Assembly (NCBI GenBank): GCA_036338695.1
Contig: JAYZBQ010000058.1
Location: 1 to 64,000, forward strand
Direction of reading: 5' to 3'
Source of the DNA: Myxococcota bacterium
GTDB lineage: Bacteria > Myxococcota > UBA4151
DNA: 64,000 nucleotides
Shown: positions 1 through 10,449 of the stretch, one piece after another
Numbering within the stretch: position 1 is the first letter of the stretch
Layout of the letters: each line of letters begins with the position of its first letter
The notes under the pieces: model-generated
The model's input: the letters and a program-made list of their open reading frames with translations, nothing else
The model's database searches: none
What the model was told of the DNA's origin: nothing
Translations under genes and position numbers: made by a program

Positions 1-593
1 AAACCGTTGCGACCGGCATGCGAACCCACCGCATAGACGTCTTCCGAGCTGGCTCCCCAGAGCCCAAAGATCGTCGTCTTTCCTAAGCCGGGCGAACGCA
101 TCCGCTCGAACGCCCCGTCGCGATAACGCAAGATGAGTGAGTCGGTGCCCGCCAAGAGAACGGTGCCGTCATCAAACGCTCGGACCCACCACAAATCGCC
201 GTGGACACCGGTCTCAAGTCGCTGCCAAGACGTCCCGTCAAAGCGAACCACAAGCGGACCGGCGCCGTCGTCAGCGCCGACCATCCAGACGTCCTCGTTG
301 GAGGTGCCATGAACGGAGAACAGCGCCGCCGCCGGAGCGTCCAACGCAACTTGCCACGCATCCGAGGGCGGCGGTGTCGGCGGGGGTTGTGGTGGGTCAG
401 GCTCTTCGGTGGGGCAGCCAAGCAGCGCAGCGCAAACGCAAGCGATCAGGAACTGGCGGCACGCCGTCGCGCCGCTGCGCAGAGGTTTGAGTGGGCTCGC
501 CGCACCCGATGGTGCCGGTGATGATGACGGTGAAACACAAGACACTGCGGCGCACTCCTCAGCGCGAAACAAGTCGCGACGGCAGTCTATCAT
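1..593 (-). CDS. Lipoprotein with beta-propeller-type (BNR/WD40-like) repeats; 3' end runs off the window; not in the ORF track
   Basis: My translation: ...LIACVCAALLGC PTEEPDPPQPPPTPPP...SVHGTSNEDVWMVG...RFDGTSW...GLWGASSEDVYAVG. It has a lipobox, a Pro linker and repeated G-x-S-x-x-D-V-[WY]-x-V-G blades. The frame is open to the window edge. ATG at 593 is the longest start; the true start may be further 3'. Confidence 0.75.
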   Translation of the reverse strand, partial: MIDCRRDLFRAEECAAVSCVSPSSSPAPSGAASPLKPLRSGATACRQFLIACVCAALLGCPTEEPDPPQPPPTPPPSDAWQVALDAPAAALFSVHGTSNEDVWMVGADDGAGPLVVRFDGTSWQRLETGVHGDLWWVRAFDDGTVLLAGTDSLILRYRDGAFERMRSPGLGKTTIFGLWGASSEDVYAVGSHAGRNG

Positions 594-626
594 CGAAATG
601 CGAGCCCGGCGAGGCTCAGTTTTTGC

Positions 627-2795
627 TCAGGGCGACAACCAGCGCGCAACCCACCGGTCCCCGATTCGCAGCATAAAACGCTCGGTGCGCGCAGGCAGCG
701 TCAAGCGGTAGCCAGAAGGCCCCGCCGCCTCGAGCGAGAGCAGCTCGCCAGAGGGTTCCGCGTAGATGGCGGGTGAGCCGCCCGGGCTCGCCTCCCCAAG
801 GGTGAGCGTGCGTCCTGACAGGGTCAAGTTGATGTTCAGCCACTCCGGCTCCTCAACGATGAAAGGTCCTGGCTGGGCGCCACAGTCGAATCGCACGGAG
901 GCGCCGCTCGGAAACACCAAGCTTCCTTGAGTCCAGGGCGAGACGATGAACGGCGAGGTCCCGAGGCGGTGCTGACCTTGGCTGTCCCAGCGTCTCGGGC
1001 GCGGGTCGTCGTCCGGGACGATGGCGAACCCAAAGCCGTAGCTGGGTACGTACCGATTGATGGGCACGAGGGTGCAGCGCGGTGGCTCGGCACGCTGGGT
1101 CGGAACCTCCCGATGGATCCGAGGGACGCCCTCTAAGCCGACGGTCAAGAGATCGAGGAATCCGTCGCCGTCCCAGTCCACTTTGGCGCTGGCTCGGCTT
1201 GAGTACGGCCGCAGCTCACTGCCGCTATCGACCGTCGTAAAGGGGGCGATCCCGACCTCCTCGCTGTGCGTGGTAAAGTCAGCATTAGCCCCTTGAAGTA
1301 AGAGCGTATCGTAATAGACGTTCATCTGAGCCGGGTCGCGAAAAAACAGGCTACCGTTGCTCACGAAGAGGTCGTCGCGCCCGTCGCGGTTATAGTCGTC
1401 GACCACCACGCCCCAGCTAAAGACCATCTCATCACCAAAGGTTGCGAGCTGGACATTTGCGTCGGCGCCGGTGTCAAAACCCGCGCCCGAGTCGATCTCG
1501 ATCAGTCGATTCGGACCGAGGTTGCTGTAGTAAAGAAGCTCGCCGCGGTCTTCTACCTGCAGCAGCCCAGAGCCCATGTAGGCGCCAAACGCGTTGACGC
1601 CTTCCCCCAAGGTGATGCTCTGAAACCCGCAACGCTCGCTCGGGGCGCAGCGACGATAGACTCCGCCCGGATCGCCATTGTAGCGACCGTCGATGACAGA
1701 ATAGTACGCCTCCTCGGAGATCATGACGTCCATCAAGCCATCCTCGTCCACGTCAGCTGCGCCGAGGGCGTGGGTGAGCGAGACGGCGTTGAGAAGGATG
1801 TCGTCTCGGTACCAGCTTTCTGGTTCCAACGGTCGGAGCGCGCCGGCTTCCGTTTGGAGGAAGACAAGGTTTGGGTGCATGTGGTGTGGCTCGTTCCGCT
1901 CCCTGTTGAAGTCGCGGCTCCCGCAGCCAAGGAGCAAGTCAGCGCGGCCGTCCAGGTTTAGGTCGAGGGCGAGCGCACCAAAGACCTGACACGCCCGACC
2001 GGGGTGCTCAGCGGGCAGAAGGCTCATGAGGTCGAGCACCTCATGCTGTGGGTGGAAGCGGTGGAGCTCGATGGCGAAGCGTTTGGCGAGCAACAGTTCG
2101 TGGTAGCCGTCGCCTTCAAGGTCCAGCCCATAGCCCGCAATGGCGGGGTCACTTTGCGCTTGGCAGAAGCGCTCGATCGGCTCGAAGCGCAGCTCGCCCG
2201 GGACGGACTCGTTGCGATAGATGCAGCCCGCAGAGCCGTTGCCGTCCGAAGCTTGGGTTCCGATGAAGGCGTCGAGGTCGAGGTCGCCGTCGAGGTCGAA
2301 GAGAGCAGCCCCGTAACCGTAGGTTGTCATGTGGTCGGTTTCGTTGATGGGGCTGCGGTGATCCGTCAGGGGCGGCGCATAGACGCGCTCGAACGCCACG
2401 CCCTCCGCCGGGTCCACGCGCTCAAGGCAGCGGCGGGCAGCGCATCGTTCCCCGGAGGGGCAGTCGGCATGGCTCAGGCACTGCCCCTCAAAGCACTCAC
2501 CGGCGCTCGAGCAGCGCATCGTCTCCGGACAGGCTTGGTTATCATCGCAGCGCCGCGTGCGAGCAGGGACGCAGCGCTCGCCGTAGCACGAGCCGTCGCA
2601 TGAGCTCGGACAATCCAAGGCTGCGTCTGGGAAGCCGGCGTCACGGTCGCCGGCATCGACTGTGGCGTCCGGCGCCCCGCTGTCGGCTGCGCCTGAATCC
2701 AAGACCTCCACGCCTGCGTCGGGGACGCTGTCGCCTTTGGGGCATCCGGCTCCGGTGCACATCGCTAGGGTCAGCGCCCAATGACTCAGCCTCAC
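627..2795 (-). CDS. FG-GAP/CRTAC1-like (ASPIC-UnbV-related) lipoprotein with Cys-rich N-terminal modules
   Basis: Repeated Ca-binding blades DLDGDLDLD, DLNLDGRADL, DVDEDGLMD, DYNRDGRDDL, DWDGDGFLD and a YRNES motif. DAG linker and CxxDxxCP modules. Start moved from 2942 to GTG 2795, which has GGAG upstream and a signal-like sequence. Confidence 0.75.
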   Translation of the reverse strand: MRLSHWALTLAMCTGAGCPKGDSVPDAGVEVLDSGAADSGAPDATVDAGDRDAGFPDAALDCPSSCDGSCYGERCVPARTRRCDDNQACPETMRCSSAGECFEGQCLSHADCPSGERCAARRCLERVDPAEGVAFERVYAPPLTDHRSPINETDHMTTYGYGAALFDLDGDLDLDAFIGTQASDGNGSAGCIYRNESVPGELRFEPIERFCQAQSDPAIAGYGLDLEGDGYHELLLAKRFAIELHRFHPQHEVLDLMSLLPAEHPGRACQVFGALALDLNLDGRADLLLGCGSRDFNRERNEPHHMHPNLVFLQTEAGALRPLEPESWYRDDILLNAVSLTHALGAADVDEDGLMDVMISEEAYYSVIDGRYNGDPGGVYRRCAPSERCGFQSITLGEGVNAFGAYMGSGLLQVEDRGELLYYSNLGPNRLIEIDSGAGFDTGADANVQLATFGDEMVFSWGVVVDDYNRDGRDDLFVSNGSLFFRDPAQMNVYYDTLLLQGANADFTTHSEEVGIAPFTTVDSGSELRPYSSRASAKVDWDGDGFLDLLTVGLEGVPRIHREVPTQRAEPPRCTLVPINRYVPSYGFGFAIVPDDDPRPRRWDSQGQHRLGTSPFIVSPWTQGSLVFPSGASVRFDCGAQPGPFIVEEPEWLNINLTLSGRTLTLGEASPGGSPAIYAEPSGELLSLEAAGPSGYRLTLPARTERFMLRIGDRWVARWLSP

Positions 2796-2933
2796 GCTCA
2801 CTCCAACCGACGTCAGGCTAAAGCAAATAGTCGGCAGGTACCAGGCGCATCGGTTTGTAGGCGTCGTCGCCTCGACTCGGTGCCTTGTCACGCGCCGCGC
2901 AAACCTCCACACTCGCATCTGTGCGGAGGTTTT

Positions 2934-5741
2934 GTGAAACAACGTCTCGGATGCTTAGTGGGGTTCGCTTTGGTGCTGGCATCGTGCGGCGAGCAGGTCG
3001 TGGTGCGGGAGACGCGAGCGACCTGCGGCAACGGTCAGGTCGAGGTTGATGAAGCCTGCGACGACGGCAACGACGTGAACTCGGACGCCTGCAGCAACGC
3101 CTGTGAGCTCGCTTCGTGCGGCGACGCGGTCACACGGATGGATCGCGCAGCCGGTGAGGAGGGGTACGAAGCCTGCGATGATGGCAACGACGTCGAGACC
3201 GACGGCTGCACCTCGTCCTGTCTCGTCGCCCGCTGCGGTGACGGTTTGGTGCGCTCGGACGCCTCCGAGGGCAGCGAGGACTATGAAGCCTGCGACGATG
3301 GCAACGAGGTCGACACGGACGCCTGCCGAAACGACTGCAGCCTAGCCTTCTGCGGTGATGGTGTCCTGCGCACCGACTTGAGCGATGATCACCCGGATTT
3401 TGAAGCATGCGACGATGGCAACGAGGTCGAGACCGACCCGTGTTTGACCACCTGTGAGGTCGCCCGCTGCGGCGACGGTGTCGTGGGTCCTGGCGAGAGC
3501 TGTGATGACGCCAACGACGACCCGACCGACGCATGCCGATCGTGTCAGCTAGCGACCTGCGGCGACGGTGTCATCCAAGGCGAAGAGCGCTGCGACGACG
3601 GCAACGATGACGAGACCGACGCCTGCCTGAGCACCTGCGCGCCAGCGACCTGCGGTGACGGCGTCGTCTATGCTGGGGTCGAGGGTTGCGACGACGGGAA
3701 CGCGATCACCACCGACGCCTGCACGAGCGCCTGTCGAGCGGCTCGTTGCGGCGACGGGATCCGCCGCCTCGACCTTGCCCCGGAAGATCCGGGCTACGAG
3801 GCGTGTGATGACGGCAACCTCGAAGCCGGCGACGGCTGCTCGGAAGCCTGCGCCGCCGAGCGCTGTGGCAACGGCCGACTCGACGCCGGTGAGGCTTGCG
3901 ATGACGGCAACGGCGTGGACACCGACGGCTGCACCTCGGCGTGTGTGGTGGCGCGCTGCGGCGATGGGATCCGCTACCTGGGTGTGGAGGCTTGCGATGA
4001 TGGCAACCGAGTGGACGAGGACGCCTGCCTAAACAGCTGCGCCGACGCCCGCTGTGGTGATGGCGTGGTGCGAGATGGCTTTGAACTCTGCGATGACGGC
4101 AACCTCGACGCCGGCGATGGCTGCGACGGGCGATGTCAGATCGAGGGTTGTGGTAACGGTCGACTCGATCTTGGGGAGGGCTGCGATGACGGCAACGCAC
4201 AAGCCGGTGATGGCTGTGACGCACAGTGCCGAGCCGAGGTCTGCGGGAATGGACGCGTCGATGAGGGTGAAGCCTGCGACGATGGGAACCGAATCGAGAC
4301 CGATGCGTGCACCAGCGGCTGCCTCGCTGCGCGCTGCGGCGATGGCATCCGGCGTGTTGATCTGCAACCGGGACAGCCGGGCTTTGAGGCTTGTGACGAT
4401 GGGAACATGCAGGACGACGACAGCTGCCGGAACAACTGTGCGGTCTTGCGCTGCGGCGACGGGGTCGTGGTCGCAGGGGTGGAAGCCTGTGATGACGGCA
4501 ACAACAACAACAACGACGCCTGCCTTAACGACTGCCGTACGGCGCGCTGCGGCGACGGCGTCGTGCGCAGCGACCTCAACGACGGCGACGAGGGCTTTGA
4601 GGCCTGTGATGACGCCAACCTCATCACCACCGATGCGTGCCTCAACAACTGCCGCGCCGCTGCTTGCGGCGACGGCTTCGTGCAAGAAGGCGTCGAGGCT
4701 TGCGACGACGGCAACAACGACCCGGCGGACGGTTGTCTCAACGAGTGCACCACGGCGCGCTGCGGCGACGGCGTGGTCCAACAGGGCGTGGAGGCTTGCG
4801 ACGACGGCAACAACGCACAGAGCGACGCTTGCCTCAATGACTGCACCGTCGCCGCCTGCGGTGACGGCTTTGTGCAGGCTGGTGTTGAGGCATGCGACGA
4901 TGGGAACAACGTGCCTACGGATGCGTGCCTAAACGACTGCTCGGCGCCAGCGTGTGGCGATGGTCTAGTTTGGCAGGGGGTTGAGGCTTGCGATGACGGG
5001 AACACCGACGACGGGGACGGCTGCTCGCCAAGCTGCACGTTTGAGGGTGGGAGCGAGGATGCGCCTGCGCGCAGCTGCGCGGCGATCCTGGCTGCGCAGC
5101 CGGGCATCGAGAGCGGCGCAGCATGGATCGACCATGACGGCGCCGGCGGCGACCCGGCGATCCGAGTGTTTTGCGATCAGAGCACCGAGGGCGGCGGATG
5201 GCTCGACCTGGTCAGGAGTTTTCATCTCGAGGGCATCGACCGCAGCGACCTGCTGGCGCGCTTCTTCCTCACCAACAACGGGGCGGCGCTGGCCGTTGAG
5301 GTGGATTCCACCAACGCTGGGCCGGGCTTAGGCATCCGCAACATGGTGAACGGCTACAACCACACGGAGGGATTCCACCTGCGCAGCATGATCCCCTTTA
5401 CTCGGGTGCGAACCAGCTATCGCATGCAAGGCGCTGACGAGGGGTATCGCTGTCAAAGCTCCAATTGGATCCCCCTGAACGGCCCCGGCTATGATGGCGG
5501 CTCGGGCTCCTATCAGAGCCCATGCCCCAATGGGATCACCTGTATTCAGGGGCGCTGCACCGGCAGTCGCGACGCGCCGATCTCAGCGAGCTACGCGTCG
5601 GATGCGATCAACTCAGCGACGACCTACCTGACCTGGAGCGGTAGCGGCACGGGTAACGGCGTGGTCGCCAACTGCGCCCGAGACAGCCAGATCCCGATTA
5701 ACCGACCGATCACTTGGTTCACCCGCCTGTTGCTGCGATGA
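2934..5741 (+). CDS. Myxobacterial Cys-rich repeat (DUF4215-type) lipoprotein with C-terminal fibrinogen-like domain
   Basis: About 20 CG[DN]G...E.CDDGN...D.C...C repeats. Lipobox LASC. Tip ARSCAAIL...VFCDQSTEGGGW. GGAGG precedes GTG 2934. Confidence 0.85.
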   Translation: MKQRLGCLVGFALVLASCGEQVVVRETRATCGNGQVEVDEACDDGNDVNSDACSNACELASCGDAVTRMDRAAGEEGYEACDDGNDVETDGCTSSCLVARCGDGLVRSDASEGSEDYEACDDGNEVDTDACRNDCSLAFCGDGVLRTDLSDDHPDFEACDDGNEVETDPCLTTCEVARCGDGVVGPGESCDDANDDPTDACRSCQLATCGDGVIQGEERCDDGNDDETDACLSTCAPATCGDGVVYAGVEGCDDGNAITTDACTSACRAARCGDGIRRLDLAPEDPGYEACDDGNLEAGDGCSEACAAERCGNGRLDAGEACDDGNGVDTDGCTSACVVARCGDGIRYLGVEACDDGNRVDEDACLNSCADARCGDGVVRDGFELCDDGNLDAGDGCDGRCQIEGCGNGRLDLGEGCDDGNAQAGDGCDAQCRAEVCGNGRVDEGEACDDGNRIETDACTSGCLAARCGDGIRRVDLQPGQPGFEACDDGNMQDDDSCRNNCAVLRCGDGVVVAGVEACDDGNNNNNDACLNDCRTARCGDGVVRSDLNDGDEGFEACDDANLITTDACLNNCRAAACGDGFVQEGVEACDDGNNDPADGCLNECTTARCGDGVVQQGVEACDDGNNAQSDACLNDCTVAACGDGFVQAGVEACDDGNNVPTDACLNDCSAPACGDGLVWQGVEACDDGNTDDGDGCSPSCTFEGGSEDAPARSCAAILAAQPGIESGAAWIDHDGAGGDPAIRVFCDQSTEGGGWLDLVRSFHLEGIDRSDLLARFFLTNNGAALAVEVDSTNAGPGLGIRNMVNGYNHTEGFHLRSMIPFTRVRTSYRMQGADEGYRCQSSNWIPLNGPGYDGGSGSYQSPCPNGITCIQGRCTGSRDAPISASYASDAINSATTYLTWSGSGTGNGVVANCARDSQIPINRPITWFTRLLLR

Positions 5742-5757
5742 CGCCAGGGTACACAGG

Positions 5758-8067
5758 GTGAGGTTCTCCCCAGCGTTCCTTCTTTTGCTGTTGGGCGCGA
5801 CAGCCGCTTGTGAGCCGCGAGCTGAGGGTGGGGAACAGGGCGCGTCGAGCGATGCCTGGACGAGCCCCACGCTTGACGCAGGAGGGCTGCTCGATGTGGG
5901 CGAGCGCGGCGATATCTCGAGCGATGCGGGCTCATCGGCGCCTTGCAATGGGGGCTGTCCCGATGGCTTAGGCTGTCAGCAAGAGCGTTGCGTCCGAGCC
6001 TGTCCTTGCGCGCCGGGGGAGCGCTGTGATCCCCGGTCCAGTCTGTGTCGGCCGAGCCGCTGCCAAGAGGACAGCTTCTGCCCGCCTGGGCTGGTGTGCA
6101 ACGCCGGTCGTTGCGTGCGGCTCGCTGGCGCCTGCCTAAGGGACGAGGACTGCCCAGAGTCCTTGCGTTGCTCCGCAGCTCGCGTCTGCACGCGCGCCGA
6201 ATGCGTCGCCAGCGCCGACTGCCCAGCGGGTCAGCGCTGCGCGTTTGATCGCTGCGTTGACCTGGTCACTCCGGATCCACCCATCTTGTTCGAGCGGGTC
6301 CGTGATGGGCGCCTTGAGGCGCACTTCTCGTCGCTGCCCGGGGTCAAAGAGAACCGCCATGAGGAGACCGCCGGTCAGTACGGCTACGGCGCCGCGTTGC
6401 TCGATTTTGACGGCGACCTCGACCTGGATGTCTATGTGGGCAGCCAGACCCAAGACGAGGGGACGGGTAAGCCCGGCTGCCTTTATCGCAACGAGTCGGT
6501 CCCGGGCTGGGTGCGCTTCGTCGAGGTCACGCGTCACTGTGGCTGGCGCCGGCGAACCATCCACGGTGCGTTCGCTATAGATCTCGAAAACGATGGCTTT
6601 CACGAGCTCTTGTTGATCGGTGAGCGGACCTTAACGGTGCAGCGGTTCTACCCGGACGAGCGCGCACAGGACTTGCGGACGCTGATCCCGATCGACGATG
6701 AGCGGCGCGCCTGCTTGCCCGCATCGGCGGTTCAGATCGACGTCAACCTAGATGGGCGCTTGGATCTCTACGTCGGATGTCAGCTTCATCCTGTCGATAC
6801 CGAGCGTCTTCCGATCGTCAACATCGTGTTTCTGCAGAGCCCGGATGGGCGGCTCGTGTACGCGTCGCCCTCCGCCGACTTTCCGGTGCTCATGCAGCGC
6901 GCCGGGAGCACCTTGGCGCTGGGCGTGGCGGACCTAACGGGCGACGGGCTGCTCGACCTGATGGTGAGCCAGGACTCAATCGCGCTCCCGGGCGGACAGC
7001 CGACCATGCCCGGCGGCGTCTACAAACGCTGCAATCCGTCGCAAAGATGTCGCTATCAACCTTATGCGGTGGGTCAGGGCGAGGCGGCTTTTCGTAACCT
7101 CATGGGCAGCGGCGTGCTCCACATCGATGGGCACGGAGAGTTCGTCTATTACTCCGACATCGACACCAACCAGCTGATCCAAGTGTCCGATGAGCCGGCG
7201 CAGAATCGCGCGTTGGAATTTGGCGTTGCGCTGGATCGCGCCTCCGCACCCGATCCGGTCGAGTTCTACTCATGGGGTGTGGTCGTCGACGACTTCGACC
7301 GGGACGGTCTCGATGACCTGTTCGTTGGCCGCGGCTCCCTGGTGCCGCACGCGGCGCACGACTTTGCCGTACACTGGGACGCGTTGATGCTGCAGCGCCC
7401 GGGGCAACCCTTTGACGTCCACAGCGACGAGGTCGGGATCACGCCCTTTACCGTGGACGACACCGGCGATGAGGAGATCGTCTACGCGAGCCGTGCGGTG
7501 CTGAAGACCGACCTCGACTACGACGGCGCGCTCGACCTGTTTGGCTTGGGCATGGAGGGGCCGCCGCGCCTGCACCGGGAAGTCGAGATTCTCCCACGCC
7601 GCACGCCGCGCTGCACCTTGGTGCCTGCGCCGAGCCTGGTGCCGAGCTTTGGCGCCGGCTTCGCCGTGGTGGCGCCGGACGGTGTCGAGCGCAAGTGGGA
7701 CAGCCAGGGGCAGATGCGCAGCGGCGCCGCTCCCTTTATCACGACGCCATGGCAGCGCGGTGGGCTGCGTTTCCCGAGCGGCGTCGTGGTCGACTATGAC
7801 TGCGGCGGCGAGCCCGGTCCGTTGGTCGTCGTCGAGCCTGATTGGTTGCGTCTACGGCTTGAAGCGGGGGAGCTCGTTCTCGACGTCACGAACGAGCGCC
7901 CGGAAGGCGCCGTGGCGTTGGTCGCCAAACCCTCGCTGCAGCAGTACGAGCTGATCGCAGACGGGGCTGGGCGATACCGCGTGCGCTTGGGCGCAGAGGA
8001 GCGAGCGGTCATGCTCCGCTTCGGCGCTCGCTGGCTCGGCCGGTGGTTCGACCTCGAGTCGCTCTAG
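5758..8067 (+). CDS. FG-GAP/CRTAC1-like lipoprotein, paralog of 627-2795
   Basis: Lipobox TAAC. DFDGDLDLD, DVNLDGRLDL, DFDRDGLDDL. Shares YGYGAAL, YRNESVPG, SWGVVVDD and WDSQGQ blocks with the first paralog. Confidence 0.8.
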   Translation: MRFSPAFLLLLLGATAACEPRAEGGEQGASSDAWTSPTLDAGGLLDVGERGDISSDAGSSAPCNGGCPDGLGCQQERCVRACPCAPGERCDPRSSLCRPSRCQEDSFCPPGLVCNAGRCVRLAGACLRDEDCPESLRCSAARVCTRAECVASADCPAGQRCAFDRCVDLVTPDPPILFERVRDGRLEAHFSSLPGVKENRHEETAGQYGYGAALLDFDGDLDLDVYVGSQTQDEGTGKPGCLYRNESVPGWVRFVEVTRHCGWRRRTIHGAFAIDLENDGFHELLLIGERTLTVQRFYPDERAQDLRTLIPIDDERRACLPASAVQIDVNLDGRLDLYVGCQLHPVDTERLPIVNIVFLQSPDGRLVYASPSADFPVLMQRAGSTLALGVADLTGDGLLDLMVSQDSIALPGGQPTMPGGVYKRCNPSQRCRYQPYAVGQGEAAFRNLMGSGVLHIDGHGEFVYYSDIDTNQLIQVSDEPAQNRALEFGVALDRASAPDPVEFYSWGVVVDDFDRDGLDDLFVGRGSLVPHAAHDFAVHWDALMLQRPGQPFDVHSDEVGITPFTVDDTGDEEIVYASRAVLKTDLDYDGALDLFGLGMEGPPRLHREVEILPRRTPRCTLVPAPSLVPSFGAGFAVVAPDGVERKWDSQGQMRSGAAPFITTPWQRGGLRFPSGVVVDYDCGGEPGPLVVVEPDWLRLRLEAGELVLDVTNERPEGAVALVAKPSLQQYELIADGAGRYRVRLGAEERAVMLRFGARWLGRWFDLESL

Positions 8068-8133
8068 CTCGCTCGAGTTGACCGGGTCGATGGCGCCCAT
8101 CATAGTGCGGGCGATATTCACCTGAGGTGTACG

Positions 8134-10449
8134 ATGCCAAGTTATGTACGCTCTGTGGCGCTGGCTGTCTTTGTCAGCGCTTGTGCCGGGTCCAGCCCGG
8201 GTGATGAGCCCACACCGCCACCTCAGGACGCCGGGGTAGAACAGCCTGCGAGCCGTTGCCCTGAGTGCGAGTTGTGCAGCGATGAGGCGGCGATCGCCGA
8301 GCAGGTTGCGGCAGGCCTACAAGCCTTTGAGGCGCTCACCGATGGACTCCCGGAGCGACCGATCGAGGCGGCGCGCCCGGAGGCGACCAACGGGACGCTC
8401 AACCTCGGCGTGAACCCGGCGGTGGTCCCGATCGTCAGCTCCCCTGATGGAACGCTCGTCGCCGCCAGCGCGCTCGGCGAAGGCCGCGTCGTCGCCTTCT
8501 CGAGCCAGGACTTTTTGAGCTCGGGTGAGCGCTCGACGTTGCTCGGGCAACCCGCCATAGACCGTCTGGTGGTGAACGCGGCGCGCTGGGTTGCGCCCTT
8601 TCACGCCGGGGACCAGCCGCGTATTTTGGCGGATAACCATGCCGTTGCGCAGGTGCTCTCAGACGGCGGCATCGAGTCGGTTGAGGTCGCAGGGATTCGG
8701 TTCGCACAGGGGCTTGAAGAGATCCGAAACTGGGACGCACGCGCCATCGGTGCGGCGGACGTGCTGGTGGTTCAAGTCAACGAGTGGGGGACCTCGCACA
8801 TCGACGAAGAGGACGTCGCCACCATCCGCAGCTTCGTCGAGGCGGGGGGCGGTTTGCTGATCGCGGGTTCGGCGCTGCACTGGAAGTGGTGGCTGAGCTG
8901 GACCGCAGGGGTCAATCAGGGTGACGCCATTTTGGAGGGCAGCGGGATCTCCTGGCGGCCGCATGACGTCCCGGCGACCGATCATGCCCTCATTGCCTAC
9001 GATGCGCTGGGCTCTCCCGCTGCGCTGTGGTGCAGTTATGTCAACGAGGACCCGCTCGACGCCCCGCACTATGCGCGCCTGCAGCCGCTCTTTGACGCCG
9101 CAGCAGATGACGAGCGTTATGTCGAGCTCGACCTCGCCTTGTGGCGCCTGATCCAAGAGACGCCCCGTCTGAGCGTGGCGAAGTCATCGCCGGCTGGGCG
9201 CCTCTCGGCCGACGTCGGCGCGTTGCTCGGCGGTCAGACCTGGGCGCAGCCGCATCCATGGGCTGCCGTTCATCCCGGCGTGGTCCAAGAGGGAGCGCCA
9301 AGAATCCGGTCCACTTCCACGCTTGAGACGCGCTGGAAACGCTGGCGACCGCTGGGCGTGTATGCGCCGCCAGGTGAGCCGGTGACCGTGCGGGTCCCAG
9401 CCGAGTTCGCCGGAACAGGTCTGCGGATCCGGTTGGGCGAGCTCCATGATGACCTGCGCTCGATCGAGCGCATTGAGACCTGGGAGCGGGCGCCGCTGCT
9501 GACACGATCTTTTCCGCTCGACGCGGCTGAGACCGTCGTAGGCACCGGTCTAGGCGGCTCGTTGTATCTTTGGGTGCCCGAAGACTACGCGGCGCGCCGG
9601 TTGCGCGTCGAGACAGACGGCGGCGTCCGCCAGGCGGTCTTTCGAGCAGGGATGACCAACCAAGCGGACTTCGTCGCCGACCTCGCGGGCGGCGCACCCG
9701 TCGCCATCTTAGAGCAGGAAGGCGCCGTTCGCTTTGCCGTCAAGGCAGCCAAGGCGGCGCAGGTCGACGACCTCGACGGGGTGGTGGCGTTCTGGACGGG
9801 GTTCTACGAGAGCCACCGGACCTTGAGCCAGGAGCCAAACGAGCGCCCCTATGAGAGCGACTGGGCCTTTGATCCACAAGTCGGCTATGGTTACGCCAAC
9901 GCCACAAAGTATCGCATCAACCACCCTGAGCTCGCTACCGACTGGGTGTTGCGGACGCGCACGGGCGACGAGGACTGGTGGCTCTTCGCCCACGAGCTCG
10001 GGCACCAGTTTCAGACGAGCAACTGGCGCGGCGGCGACATCACGGAGGTCGCGGTCAATCTGTTTAGTCTGTACACGATCAACTCCTACCTTAACGACGG
10101 GGGCGACCGAGAGACCCGTGGCTTCAAGGACAACGCCATCGATCATGAGGCGCTGCGCTCGATGCGCTGGGGCAACGCAGGCCTCTTTGACAAGTTGGAG
10201 CTGTACCGCCAGCTGGTGTTCGAGTTCGGCTGGGATGCGTTCCGTCAGACCTTTGCCAGTTATTACGCGCCAGAGTTCCCTGAGGAGGACTACGGCGTCT
10301 TTATGGACGGCTTCGCCAGCCGCTTTAGCCAGATCGTCGAGCGGGACATCACTCCGTTCCTTGACCACTGGGAGTACCCGCTCAGCGATGAAGGGCGCGC
10401 CCGTGTCCGGCGGATGCGGTTGCCCGCCTGGTTGCCGCCTGGCTGGTGA
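8134..10449 (+). CDS. M60-like (enhancin/TCAF-type) zinc metallopeptidase lipoprotein
   Basis: Lipobox VSAC; LGVYAPPGE M60-like N-domain; HELGHQFQ followed by EVAVN (gluzincin). Confidence 0.85.
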   Translation: MPSYVRSVALAVFVSACAGSSPGDEPTPPPQDAGVEQPASRCPECELCSDEAAIAEQVAAGLQAFEALTDGLPERPIEAARPEATNGTLNLGVNPAVVPIVSSPDGTLVAASALGEGRVVAFSSQDFLSSGERSTLLGQPAIDRLVVNAARWVAPFHAGDQPRILADNHAVAQVLSDGGIESVEVAGIRFAQGLEEIRNWDARAIGAADVLVVQVNEWGTSHIDEEDVATIRSFVEAGGGLLIAGSALHWKWWLSWTAGVNQGDAILEGSGISWRPHDVPATDHALIAYDALGSPAALWCSYVNEDPLDAPHYARLQPLFDAAADDERYVELDLALWRLIQETPRLSVAKSSPAGRLSADVGALLGGQTWAQPHPWAAVHPGVVQEGAPRIRSTSTLETRWKRWRPLGVYAPPGEPVTVRVPAEFAGTGLRIRLGELHDDLRSIERIETWERAPLLTRSFPLDAAETVVGTGLGGSLYLWVPEDYAARRLRVETDGGVRQAVFRAGMTNQADFVADLAGGAPVAILEQEGAVRFAVKAAKAAQVDDLDGVVAFWTGFYESHRTLSQEPNERPYESDWAFDPQVGYGYANATKYRINHPELATDWVLRTRTGDEDWWLFAHELGHQFQTSNWRGGDITEVAVNLFSLYTINSYLNDGGDRETRGFKDNAIDHEALRSMRWGNAGLFDKLELYRQLVFEFGWDAFRQTFASYYAPEFPEEDYGVFMDGFASRFSQIVERDITPFLDHWEYPLSDEGRARVRRMRLPAWLPPGW

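Noticed and set aside
3020..5040. Regular ~90-120 nt repeats resembling a CRISPR array or DGR template (also 14090-16030 and 17735-18395)
   Set aside because: The repeats are in-frame protein repeats with synonymous variation. There are no invariant repeats with spacers, and no cas or reverse transcriptase gene in the window.
4029..5107. Long antisense and alternate-frame ORFs over repeat genes (also 14626-16230, 32304-33446, 37002-38183, 60598-61713)
   Set aside because: These are shadow ORFs expected from high GC and codon bias; they overlap well-supported genes.
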